Source: Thermoproteota archaeon
GTDB lineage: Archaea > Asgardarchaeota > Njordarchaeia > Njordarchaeales > Panguiarchaeaceae
Assembly: GCA_024720975.1 (NCBI GenBank)
Contig: JANJXX010000011.1
Span: 1 to 27,177, forward strand
Length of the DNA stretch: 27,177 nucleotides
Direction of reading: 5' to 3'
Below, piece after piece: positions 1 through 8,072 of the stretch. Both the position numbers and the translations under genes were made by a program. A model generated the notes under the pieces. That model saw only the letters and a list, made by a program, of their open reading frames with translations, ran no database searches and was not told the DNA's origin. Numbering within the stretch: position 1 is the stretch's first letter; the number at the start of each line of letters is the position of its first letter.

Positions 1-267
1 AGGGGACGAGTTCTAGAATCCACGATAGAAGGTAACGATGCTCATATTATTGCACACGTTCCCGTACCAGAAACACTAGACCTAGCTGAAAGAATAAGAT
101 CTATAACTAGCGGGAGAGCTTTCTTTGGATATCAGTTTGAGACATGGTGGAAGATTCCAGAGGCGTCTCAGGCTGATTTAATAAGACAAATAAGAAGGCG
201 TAAAAAGCTTGACGAGAATCCACCTACAGTTGAAACATTCGCTAGATTCATATACCAAAGGACTTGA
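1..267 (+). CDS. fusA: Elongation factor 2 family GTPase, C-terminal domain V (5' partial; possibly the aEF-2 paralog)
   Basis: Not in the ORF track. Frame 1 reads RGRVLESTIEGNDAHIIAHVPVPETLDLAERIRSITSGRAFFGYQFETWWKIPEASQADLIRQIRRRKKLDENPPTVETFARFIYQRT* with TGA at 265-267. This fits the archaeal EF-2 tail pattern RG...PV.E......IRS.T.GRA......F..W..P.......I..IR.RK.L...P. Confidence 0.88.
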   Translation, partial: RGRVLESTIEGNDAHIIAHVPVPETLDLAERIRSITSGRAFFGYQFETWWKIPEASQADLIRQIRRRKKLDENPPTVETFARFIYQRT

Positions 268-288
268 AAGGAAATAATACAGAACCAA

Positions 289-316
289 ACTTTTTTATTC
301 GGTTGAGCTTATAAAT
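289..316 (+). promoter_or_regulatory. T-tract (probable EF-2 terminator) followed by TATA-like box for rpS30e
   Basis: T-run about 290-296 after the EF-2 stop; TTATAAA about 309-315; SD-like AGGTG shortly before the TTG at 379. Confidence 0.4.
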
Positions 317-378
317 CATAAATTGTAGTCTTCTGATGTACCTATCTTGATCACTGCGAAACTCATTAGGTGTAAGCA

Positions 379-561
379 TTGACGCACGGATCTCTTGACA
401 AAGCTGGAAAAGTTCGAAAAGCAACATTAGAGTCTGTGCGAATGCTTGGAATAACACCCAAGGAGAGGCACACACCCCCGCCTCGTGTAAATAGAAGAGA
501 GCTTTACTGGAAAAGATTCATCAAGAACTATAGAATAGGCCAGCCTCTAAAAAGAGAGTGA
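379..561 (+). CDS. rps30e: 30S ribosomal protein S30e (eS30)
   Basis: HGSLxKAGKVR signature and PRxxxRxxYxKRF; small basic protein; TTG start preceded by AGGTG. Confidence 0.92.
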   Translation: MTHGSLDKAGKVRKATLESVRMLGITPKERHTPPPRVNRRELYWKRFIKNYRIGQPLKRE

Positions 562-901
562 AGGAGCCAGAAAAATACTCTACTGCCGCAAGTTTTCTCT
601 TCAGCAAAAATTTCAAGTACCTAAAGCAGCTAGGGAGATCTAGGAAGCTTCTAGGATGAAGATGAGTACGAGAACCCTCAACGCGAACATCTCCTACGAT
701 TTAAGGGGTGAGTTAAGCAAGATATACTACACGCAGTCAGAGTGACGAGCTGTGAACATAGCACGACTTTAAGTGGAGTCTCAACATATGAGTGAGTGTA
801 GAGGAAGTCCGGCTTGTGGAATCAACGACGACTAAAATAGCTAGAATAGCTAAGCTTGATGGGTATGAGCAATCAATCGACAATTACCGCCTCATTTTTA
901 A

Positions 902-937
902 TATAAATATGTCGGTATGATGCTCGATATTTATAAA
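902..937. promoter_or_regulatory. 9-bp inverted repeat forming two oppositely oriented TATA-like boxes
   Basis: TATAAATAT (902-910), 16-nt spacer, ATATTTATA (927-935); TTTATAAA at 930-937 lies upstream of the Lrp gene. Confidence 0.5.
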
Positions 938-991
938 GGCAGTTTTCTTCAGTAATGTAAGACCTACTAAAACATTGCATAAGGGATATCT

Positions 992-1243
992 ATGCCACTC
1001 CGTGCATTCGTATTCCTCAAAGTTAGACCCGCTCCAGTAGAGGATCTCAGAAGAGAACTTAAAAAGTTTCCAGAAATTATTGAAGGCTATGTAGTTACAG
1101 GAGAGATCGATGTTATCCTCAGTGTTGAAACTGTAGATACGAATGAATTGTTCCAACTAGTTAAAAAAATCAGAGCTTTACCGTTTGTACTTGATACAAA
1201 GACGAGTATAGCCATTAGTGCAATTAAGGAAAAGCAGGGTTAA
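992..1243 (+). CDS. Stand-alone Lrp/AsnC ligand-binding (RAM) domain protein, no HTH
   Basis: AFVFLKV...L.KFPEIIEGYVVTGEIDVILSVE...EL..LVKKIRALP.V.DT.T.I is the typical RAM pattern; only 83 aa. Confidence 0.88.
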   Translation: MPLRAFVFLKVRPAPVEDLRRELKKFPEIIEGYVVTGEIDVILSVETVDTNELFQLVKKIRALPFVLDTKTSIAISAIKEKQG

Positions 1244-1393
1244 TACCACTAAGCCCTTCCAGAATCTTGCTTTTTCTTTCTATGGGTTTCTCCTAATTAC
1301 TCTTAGAAGCAGGTGTACTATTTTGTTCACTACGCTATAATGGGGAGCTTGCAGCCTTGGATAACTTAGCAGGTAGCATATAGAAAATGTGTT

Positions 1394-1798
1394 CTATGCA
1401 ATGTTCATCAAATTTATTGAGAGCATTGAAATAGCAAAAAGACTCGTTAGAGGTGTTTTCTTTTTTCGCTTAGATAGAATCAGCTCAGCAGCTAGACTTA
1501 TGAGTATGCACGAAATAACTTGAAGTTCCCGCCCGCGCAAGTAAAGCACAGAAGCGATGAAGATCTTAGCATCGCCGCCGCCAATGATGCCGATAATATA
1601 GAGGACCAGGATAGCTGTAACGATACCTATGGGATTAACTCGACTTTGTGAGTCTTCAATACTATTCTTAATTACTGCAAGAGAAATCATCAACCAGAAT
1701 ATGTCTCCACTGATTTCGCCACTTCGGATATCTTCGATGCTGCAAACTAACAATGTAAAGTAGTATAAAAGGTCTAATAAAATTAATATCTCAAGCAT
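1394..1798 (-). CDS. Short A24-family prepilin peptidase (TadV/CpaA-like membrane aspartic protease)
   Basis: Very hydrophobic; both catalytic Asp motifs present (EDIRSGEI and GGGDAK); C-terminal P-x-x-x-x-F. ATG 1798 follows GGGGG; TTG 1807 is an alternative start. Confidence 0.8.
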   Translation of the reverse strand: MLEILILLDLLYYFTLLVCSIEDIRSGEISGDIFWLMISLAVIKNSIEDSQSRVNPIGIVTAILVLYIIGIIGGGDAKIFIASVLYLRGRELQVISCILISLAAELILSKRKKKTPLTSLFAISMLSINLMNIA

Positions 1799-1983
1799 TG
1801 CCCCCAAAATCTCATTTCACTTTAAAGAAGAACCATCAAATATTAGCATAGAAGTTTGAGCCTACGTTGTCTCCTCTCTTTTAGGTTATTTGATTTGCTG
1901 CTATCTTAGTATTATGTAAGGCTGATAAGTATTACGATATTCAACAAATGTGCTTATCTAGATTCTTCTAGGGAGGTGTCTAT

Positions 1984-2718
1984 TTGGTGATACCTAAGTC
2001 ACTGTTTGATTGTATGATTGTGCTTAATCTGAAATCCATAGGGGATGTATTGCGAATGGAAGCGTTCATTTCAAGAAAAACTAATAGGAGCTTTCCTTTG
2101 TACAGATGTAGTAGCTTTGTCTACACTATCTTAAGACGAAGCATAGCCTTTAAAAAAAGATTAGCAATAGTGGCCGGAGCCAAAATTACGGGCAGAGAGT
2201 TTATTGAAGGACGCGTGATATACTATAGCTACTACAAGGATACAATACTGAAAAATCCCACAGACCGGCTGAAATATCAAACCTATGTCTTAGAGGATAT
2301 CGCTTCGGAGGAGTGCATTGTTCTAGATGAAGATGAAGTTAACTCACTGGAAGATTTCAAACGTCTAGACTCAGAAACAATCCGCGGAATTGCTCTTCAT
2401 GATTGGCAAGACCTAATAAAATTAGCTTTTCTTCTTCGTGATCTTGTTATAAGATTAGATTTAAAAGAAGCGGGTTGTGTTTTATTCACAGGACTTACCT
2501 CGAGAATTTTCTCCCCTGTGGAACCCTTCCTAACGGTGTTTTATGTCACTGTGGGAGAATATGTAGGGCTAGGAGCAAACTATGTTGAAATTTCAGATGA
2601 ACTAAATTTTGTAAAGCGTATAACGTTACGAACCCTTAAGTTTGTGCCAATAATTAATGCCAGACGGGTATCATTTTATGAAAATATACCTGAAGGAGCT
2701 AGAGATAATTTTGAGTAA
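1984..2718 (+). CDS. Hypothetical protein, first gene of the RNA-metabolism run
   Basis: 244-codon ORF with strong SD GGAGGTG just before TTG 1984; overlaps the next gene; no family recognised. Confidence 0.7.
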   Translation: MVIPKSLFDCMIVLNLKSIGDVLRMEAFISRKTNRSFPLYRCSSFVYTILRRSIAFKKRLAIVAGAKITGREFIEGRVIYYSYYKDTILKNPTDRLKYQTYVLEDIASEECIVLDEDEVNSLEDFKRLDSETIRGIALHDWQDLIKLAFLLRDLVIRLDLKEAGCVLFTGLTSRIFSPVEPFLTVFYVTVGEYVGLGANYVEISDELNFVKRITLRTLKFVPIINARRVSFYENIPEGARDNFE

Positions 2719-3334
2719 TCTTGAGGATCTACCAAATCCTAAACCGGAACTCGAACAATGGACCACATTACCACGTATAGCAGCTGAAATGTTAATGTTC
2801 GCTTATCAGATGGGAGATATCACGGGAAAAGTCTGCGCAGATTTAGGTTGTGGTTCTGGTGTATTAACTGCAGGACTACTTATCCTTGGTGCTGAAACTG
2901 TGTATGCAGTTGATATAGACATCGAAGCAATAGAAACAACTAGAAAAAATATCGAAAGGATATCCGAAGCATTCGGTCTTCCTCTGAAAAATCGGATTAT
3001 TTTAATGCATTGCGACGTGAGAAGGCTGAAGCAAATCAGCGTTGATACTGTTGTTATGAATCCACCCTTTGGCGTCGAACCACAGACGAAGCATGCAGAC
3101 AGATATTTTCTACTAAAAGCATTTGAGATTGCTAGAGTGGTATATTCCCTCTATTATTCATCTTTATGGCGTAGAAGATCTTTAGAAAGGTCTGCGAGGG
3201 AACACGGTTTCGAGTCAAAACTACTAAAAACCTTCGATTTTTCACTGTATGCAAGATTTCCATTTCATAAGCGCAAATTAAAATTGATTAAAGTAGACTT
3301 CTATATGTTTCGAAAGGAAACTTCTGAAGCATAG
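2678..3334 (+). CDS. METTL5-family SAM-dependent N6-adenine RNA methyltransferase
   Basis: LEIILSNL...PKPELEQxxT N-terminus, DLGCGSG SAM motif, VDID, NPPFG catalytic motif, HADRxFL, F.FH near C-terminus. ATG 2678 preferred to 2657. Confidence 0.92.
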   Translation: MKIYLKELEIILSNLEDLPNPKPELEQWTTLPRIAAEMLMFAYQMGDITGKVCADLGCGSGVLTAGLLILGAETVYAVDIDIEAIETTRKNIERISEAFGLPLKNRIILMHCDVRRLKQISVDTVVMNPPFGVEPQTKHADRYFLLKAFEIARVVYSLYYSSLWRRRSLERSAREHGFESKLLKTFDFSLYARFPFHKRKLKLIKVDFYMFRKETSEA

Positions 3335-3372
3335 AATCATAAGCTAAGGATTCTAACATTGAGACACTATTA

Positions 3373-4716
3373 ATGCTAAGACTGGTGTTTATTATCGGCA
3401 AAAAGGCTGTAGTAGAAATCACAGGAATAAGCGAAAGAGGATTTGGAATAGCTAAACTTGGAGATGGCAGAATTGTTGAGATACCAGGTGCATTACCGAA
3501 TGAAGTCGTGACAATAAGGCTTGGAAGAAAAAAGTTGGGATACATATTAAAGTTCATCGAGAAAAACAATAAAAGAGTGATGCCTATTTGTTGTTATGCT
3601 CAGAGATGTGGAGGATGTTTGTGGCAGGATGTAGATTATAGCGAACAACTCAGATTGAAACAACTAATACTGGAAAAATTATTGTCCCGTCTGAATGCAA
3701 ACTTTGAGCTTAAAAAAATCATCCCCTCACCCCAGATTTATGGCTATCGTGGAAAAACTGAATTTATCTTTGCGGAGGGAAGTACAGGCTTGGCCCTGGG
3801 GTTCAGAGAATTAGGATACTTTGACAAAGTCATCGACATTTTTGCATGCTGGCTTCAACCTGTAGAAGCGAACATCGTTCTGTCCGAAATGAAAGCAAAG
3901 CTGGCTGCGCTTAACTATCCCCCTTATAATATATACACGCGCCAAGGATTTCTGAGATATCTGGTCTTAAGAACGTCATTCTATAACAGAGAGGTTCTAG
4001 CCAATATTATTACTGCGTCAGGACGCAAAGAAAATCTCAAATTAAACCTAGAGTATCTATCAACCGAGACGGGGGCATCCTCTATAATATGGTCCATAAA
4101 CGACACTCCTGCAGATGTTGCAATCGGAAACATTGAGCAAGTGTATGGTAAAGGTTACTTAGAAGAGGAATGTGAAGGGTTCAAGTTCAAGGTCTGTCCA
4201 TATTGTTTCTACCAGTCTAATCCTATTCAGGCAAAGACATTATTTAGTATGGCTAAAAAACTTGGTGAAGAGGGGGAAACGGCTCTAGATCTTTACTCGG
4301 GAATTGGAACGATCTCAATAATAGTTTCAGGAAACTTTGATAAGGTCATTGGAATAGAACTAGAGAAATGTTCAGTTGAAACGGCTAAAGAAAACGCTAA
4401 GATAAACGATGTAAGCAATGTTGAATTTCATACTGGAAAGGTTGAGGATATGCTAGATAAAATTTCAAGCTCTCTCAATAGAGTAAATACGGTATTCATT
4501 GACCCGCCTAGAAGTGGAATGCACTATGATGCAAGGCGAGCACTCGTTAGGATTAAACCAGAACGTATAGTCTATATCTCATGCAACCCAAGGACACAAG
4601 TAGAAGACATAAGCTATTTGATGAAATTCGGATATAAACTTATCCTTCTGCAGCCCATAGACATGCTTCCCCACACTCCACACATAGAGACACTGGCTCT
4701 CCTTGAAAAAGAGTAG
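3373..4716 (+). CDS. rlmD: RlmD/RumA-type RNA (uracil-5)-methyltransferase with TRAM domain and [4Fe-4S] motif; tRNA versus rRNA target unknown
   Basis: TRAM region (GxGIAK...IPGALPNE), Cx5CGGC plus distal Cys (ACWLQ), YGYRGK, FYQSN, DLYSGIGT, DPPRSG, catalytic YISCNP, DMLPHTPHIE. Confidence 0.93.
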   Translation: MLRLVFIIGKKAVVEITGISERGFGIAKLGDGRIVEIPGALPNEVVTIRLGRKKLGYILKFIEKNNKRVMPICCYAQRCGGCLWQDVDYSEQLRLKQLILEKLLSRLNANFELKKIIPSPQIYGYRGKTEFIFAEGSTGLALGFRELGYFDKVIDIFACWLQPVEANIVLSEMKAKLAALNYPPYNIYTRQGFLRYLVLRTSFYNREVLANIITASGRKENLKLNLEYLSTETGASSIIWSINDTPADVAIGNIEQVYGKGYLEEECEGFKFKVCPYCFYQSNPIQAKTLFSMAKKLGEEGETALDLYSGIGTISIIVSGNFDKVIGIELEKCSVETAKENAKINDVSNVEFHTGKVEDMLDKISSSLNRVNTVFIDPPRSGMHYDARRALVRIKPERIVYISCNPRTQVEDISYLMKFGYKLILLQPIDMLPHTPHIETLALLEKE

Positions 4717-4732
4717 CAATACGGTTTTTGCC

Positions 4733-5512
4733 TTGAAGCTTATAGACTCGCACGCACACTTAAGCTTTGATGCATTCAAGAATGATCTTGATGAAGTAAT
4801 CTTGAGAGCCCAGAAGGCAGGCGTGGTGGCTATAATAAACCCAACAATTTCGGTGAGTGATTTCAAGAACGCACTTAAAGTAGCTGAAAAATATCCCAAC
4901 GTTTTTCCTGCACTCGGTCTAGCTCCTCAGATAATTGAGGAAGAATTACTCAAGGAATTCCTCTCAGCAATTAATGAGTTTAAAGAAAACTATATTGCAA
5001 TTGGAGAATGCGGGTTAGATTTCTATTGGATAACAGAACCTAAAAAAGTTCAGTTCATGTTAGAAAGTTTCAAAACAATTCTTGAGATCGTAGAAAAATT
5101 AAAGAAGCCTCTAATAATACATGCAAGATCAGCGCACCATAAAAATGCGTATGTTGAAATTATCGAATTACTCGAGACGTATAATATAAAGAGGGCAGTG
5201 TTCCACGCTTTTCTAGGCTCTAAAAAGGATGTGCAGGCAATATTACGAGGAGATTGGTACATAAGTATTCCAACAGTATATGTTAGGAGGAAAGATCTAT
5301 GGTCTATAGTAAACGATATTCCCCTTGATCGAATGCTCATTGAGACGGACTCACCATACCTGGCCTCAAGAAAGGGGAGTAGAAATGAACCCTCGTATAT
5401 AGTGGATTTACTGGAGCTTATATCAAGGATCACAGGCATAAATAAGGATGATATAGCCTACATCTTAACCAAAAATGCAATTGATTTATTCGAATTGAAA
5501 TGTATCTGGTAG
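4733..5512 (+). CDS. tatD: TatD family metal-dependent hydrolase/nuclease
   Basis: IDSHAH, AIGECGLD, IIHAR, VFH, IETDSPY, RNEP motifs. TTG 4733 is the likely start (track gives 4703). Confidence 0.95.
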   Translation: MKLIDSHAHLSFDAFKNDLDEVILRAQKAGVVAIINPTISVSDFKNALKVAEKYPNVFPALGLAPQIIEEELLKEFLSAINEFKENYIAIGECGLDFYWITEPKKVQFMLESFKTILEIVEKLKKPLIIHARSAHHKNAYVEIIELLETYNIKRAVFHAFLGSKKDVQAILRGDWYISIPTVYVRRKDLWSIVNDIPLDRMLIETDSPYLASRKGSRNEPSYIVDLLELISRITGINKDDIAYILTKNAIDLFELKCIW

Positions 5513-5540
5513 AGTAGAGCCTTCAATAAGGGGTTAAATA

Positions 5541-6158
5541 TTGCTTCTTGTTCCAAAAATCTACAAGGTTCTTGGAAATAAGGGTTGTAATTCCTATGTT
5601 ATTGAAGGTCTAGAAGGCTTAGCTATAGTCGATGTTGGAAGTTTGGGCTCAGAAAAAGGCATTCTTAAATACATTGAGGCCCAACTAAATGCGTCTCCGG
5701 AGGATGTAGCCTATGTACTATTAACGCATGCTAGGCGACAAAATGCTGAAGCTACGCTGGATCTCTTATCATCATGTCCAAATGCAAAGGTTGTTATACA
5801 TGAGAATGAGCTAGACTACTTTAAGCGAGTATCTTTAGTAGTAGACATTGAGGATCTCGTAGTAGTTCGCACTGACGTACTCAAACTTGATTTTCTGGAA
5901 ATAATGCATATGCCTGGTTATACTCCTGGTAGCATCGCTATAAAATTCGAGAAATCCATATTCGTCGGGGGGTCCCTCTATATTAATGCAAGAGGTGAAA
6001 TTACGCTGCCAATGCAGATGTACGACAGAAAGTTGCTCCTAGAGTCGCTTAAGAAGTTACTGGACTTCAGATTTGAGAATATGTTTCCTGCATATGGAAG
6101 ATACATCATAGGAAATGCAGGATTAAAGTTCCAGAAATTCATGGCGCAATTCACTTGA
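5541..6158 (+). CDS. Metallo-beta-lactamase-fold protein with degenerate metal site (probable pseudoenzyme)
   Basis: Fold motifs NSYVI, IVDVG, LLTH, PGxTPGS, FxGxxL and PxxG are in the expected order, but the ligand positions are substituted (THARRQN, PGYTPG, FVGGSL, PAYG). Confidence 0.85.
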   Translation: MLLVPKIYKVLGNKGCNSYVIEGLEGLAIVDVGSLGSEKGILKYIEAQLNASPEDVAYVLLTHARRQNAEATLDLLSSCPNAKVVIHENELDYFKRVSLVVDIEDLVVVRTDVLKLDFLEIMHMPGYTPGSIAIKFEKSIFVGGSLYINARGEITLPMQMYDRKLLLESLKKLLDFRFENMFPAYGRYIIGNAGLKFQKFMAQFT

Positions 6159-6217
6159 TAGTGTATATTAAATGTCTAAATCGATAGATTTAGTGAATGA
6201 TTAAAGGGATACTGACA

Positions 6218-7924
6218 ATGCCAGTCTTGGATACTACTCTGTCTAGACTGCGACGATACTTAGGTTTTGACATATCGCTCGAAGAGTTAGAGGAGCTATT
6301 ATTCAAAATCGGATTTGAGTTAGATTCCATAAAAGAACAGAACTCCGACTTCCTTCTGAAAGTGGACATAACACCCGATAGAACTGACTGCCTATCCACA
6401 ATTGGTCTGGCGCGTGCGTTAAGATTGTACCTTAATAAGGAGCGCCCCAAAGAATATCTGGCGCATAGAGGGGAGTATAAGATTATTGTTGATGAAAGTG
6501 TGTTGCCGATTAGACCCTATATCGCAGCAGTCGTTGTAAAGGAACTCAGACTCACTGAAGATGATATATCAGAGCTTATATGGACTCAAGAGAAACTTCA
6601 TACAACGTTTTGCAGAAACCGTCTTAAAGCATCCGTTGGTCTTTATCCACTGGATCCTCTCAAGTGGCCTCTGAGATACTATGCAGAAAATCCTGAAAAA
6701 ATAAGGTTCAGACCGTTAGGTATGGATAAAGAAATGAGTGGTAGGGAAATCTTAGCAGAGCACCCAACAGGAATAGAATATTCATTCATTCTTAAAGACA
6801 AAGAGAAATACCCCCTGTTTACAGATTCAGAAGGCAAGATTCTGTCAATGCCGCCTATAATAAACTCAGCAGATTACGGACAAGTGCGCGCTGGTGATCA
6901 AAACATATTACTGGAGACAACAGGAACGCACAAGGAAACGATGGAAAAGACCCTGAACATCCTAGCTACAATATTGCATGATATGGGTGGAGAGCTATAT
7001 CAAGTAGACATATTATATCCGAGCGGGGTCATTGACACAGCGCCCTATTTTCATAAAAATATAAAAGCGATCTCTACTAAGCAAGTTGAAAAAATTCTGG
7101 GACTTCGTCTAAAAGCTCGTGAAATAAAGCAGCTTCTAGAAAGAGCCGGATATCTTGCAGAAGTTCAAAGTCCGTCGCTAATCGTTGTTCAGATTCCACC
7201 ATATAGAACAGATGTGTTTCATGAAGTAGACATCATAGATGATATTGCTAGAACTTACAGTTACGATAGCTTTGAGCCTGAGCTTACTCCAGTTTTTACA
7301 ATCGGGGCGTCTTTAAAGGACATACCTAAAGTCAACTTCATAAGGGAAATTCTCACAGGACTCGGTTTTACAGAGGCGTTCACGTTTTCTCTCACTAATG
7401 AATTGGATCAATTTGAAAAAATGCGCGTACCAATCCCAGAGACTAAAGTTGTTAAAATTGCAGGTGCAAAAGAGGCAAAATTAACTATGGTAAGATACTG
7501 GCTGCTACCCGAGCTTCTTAAAATGCTGTCTGAGAACAAAGCGGTAGAGTATCCAATAAAAATGTTTGAGATAGAAGACATCGTAGAAATCTGTGACAAA
7601 CTTTCAGCTGGGGCGAGAAACATTCGCCACCTAGCTATTTTAATTTCAGACGCACGCGCCGACTATACACAGCTTAAGTCTGTGATTGAATATCTATTCC
7701 AGACATTAAACATTCCTATAATGATTAAAAGAAGCCAGTACCCATCATTTATTGAAGGGCGTTGCGCAAAGATTCTCATCAATGATAAGGAAATAGGCGT
7801 TCTTGGAGAGCTTCACCCTGAGGTTCTCTTGAATTTTGGGGTGACGATGCCAGTTGTTGCAGCAGAGTTGGATCTGAGCCACGTGCTGGACCTATCTACC
7901 GATGAAATCGAAGTCGCAGAGTGA
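6218..7924 (+). CDS. pheT: Phenylalanyl-tRNA synthetase beta subunit (archaeal type)
   Basis: ITPDRTDCLS..GLARAL, RPYIAAVVV, QEKLH, LSMPPIINS, PPYRTDVFHEVDIIDDIA, GELHPEVL.NFG. ATG 6218 preferred. Confidence 0.97.
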   Translation: MPVLDTTLSRLRRYLGFDISLEELEELLFKIGFELDSIKEQNSDFLLKVDITPDRTDCLSTIGLARALRLYLNKERPKEYLAHRGEYKIIVDESVLPIRPYIAAVVVKELRLTEDDISELIWTQEKLHTTFCRNRLKASVGLYPLDPLKWPLRYYAENPEKIRFRPLGMDKEMSGREILAEHPTGIEYSFILKDKEKYPLFTDSEGKILSMPPIINSADYGQVRAGDQNILLETTGTHKETMEKTLNILATILHDMGGELYQVDILYPSGVIDTAPYFHKNIKAISTKQVEKILGLRLKAREIKQLLERAGYLAEVQSPSLIVVQIPPYRTDVFHEVDIIDDIARTYSYDSFEPELTPVFTIGASLKDIPKVNFIREILTGLGFTEAFTFSLTNELDQFEKMRVPIPETKVVKIAGAKEAKLTMVRYWLLPELLKMLSENKAVEYPIKMFEIEDIVEICDKLSAGARNIRHLAILISDARADYTQLKSVIEYLFQTLNIPIMIKRSQYPSFIEGRCAKILINDKEIGVLGELHPEVLLNFGVTMPVVAAELDLSHVLDLSTDEIEVAE

Positions 7925-8024
7925 TTTAAGGAATAAGGAATGGAATAATGTATGCCAATATTAATAAGTAGATCGTAGGATTTAATTTAGCTTTACTTGC
8001 GTGTGTGAATTTTCGGCATTTAGA

Positions 8025-8040
8025 TAAAAAACTTAAATAT
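8025..8040 (+). promoter_or_regulatory. BRE/TATA-like promoter of the surface-protein gene
   Basis: A-run followed by TTAAATA (8033-8039), about 35-50 nt before the candidate TTG starts at 8073/8085. Confidence 0.45.
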
Positions 8041-8072
8041 TGCTTTCCTTATCTAGTGACTCTTGTTGAGGC

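Noticed and set aside
655-760. C-box-like words (TGAAGA, TGACGA) suggesting a C/D sRNA
   Set aside because: No CTGA D/D' boxes at suitable spacing on the same strand.
801-815. GAGGAAGTCCGGC resembles the RNase P RNA P4 5' motif
   Set aside because: No matching 3' P4 strand or GC-rich helices follow; the downstream sequence is AT-rich promoter DNA and then the Lrp gene.
248-1156. Minus-strand ORFs 248-475 and 884-1156
   Set aside because: They overlap well-supported plus-strand genes (EF-2, rpS30e, Lrp) and have no recognisable features.
1984-2718. Possible degenerate Dph2, given its position upstream of the METTL5-like gene
   Set aside because: No Dph2 motifs or Fe-S cysteine pattern visible.
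7928-7947. GGAAT repeated three times after pheT
   Set aside because: Too short and low-complexity to support a function.
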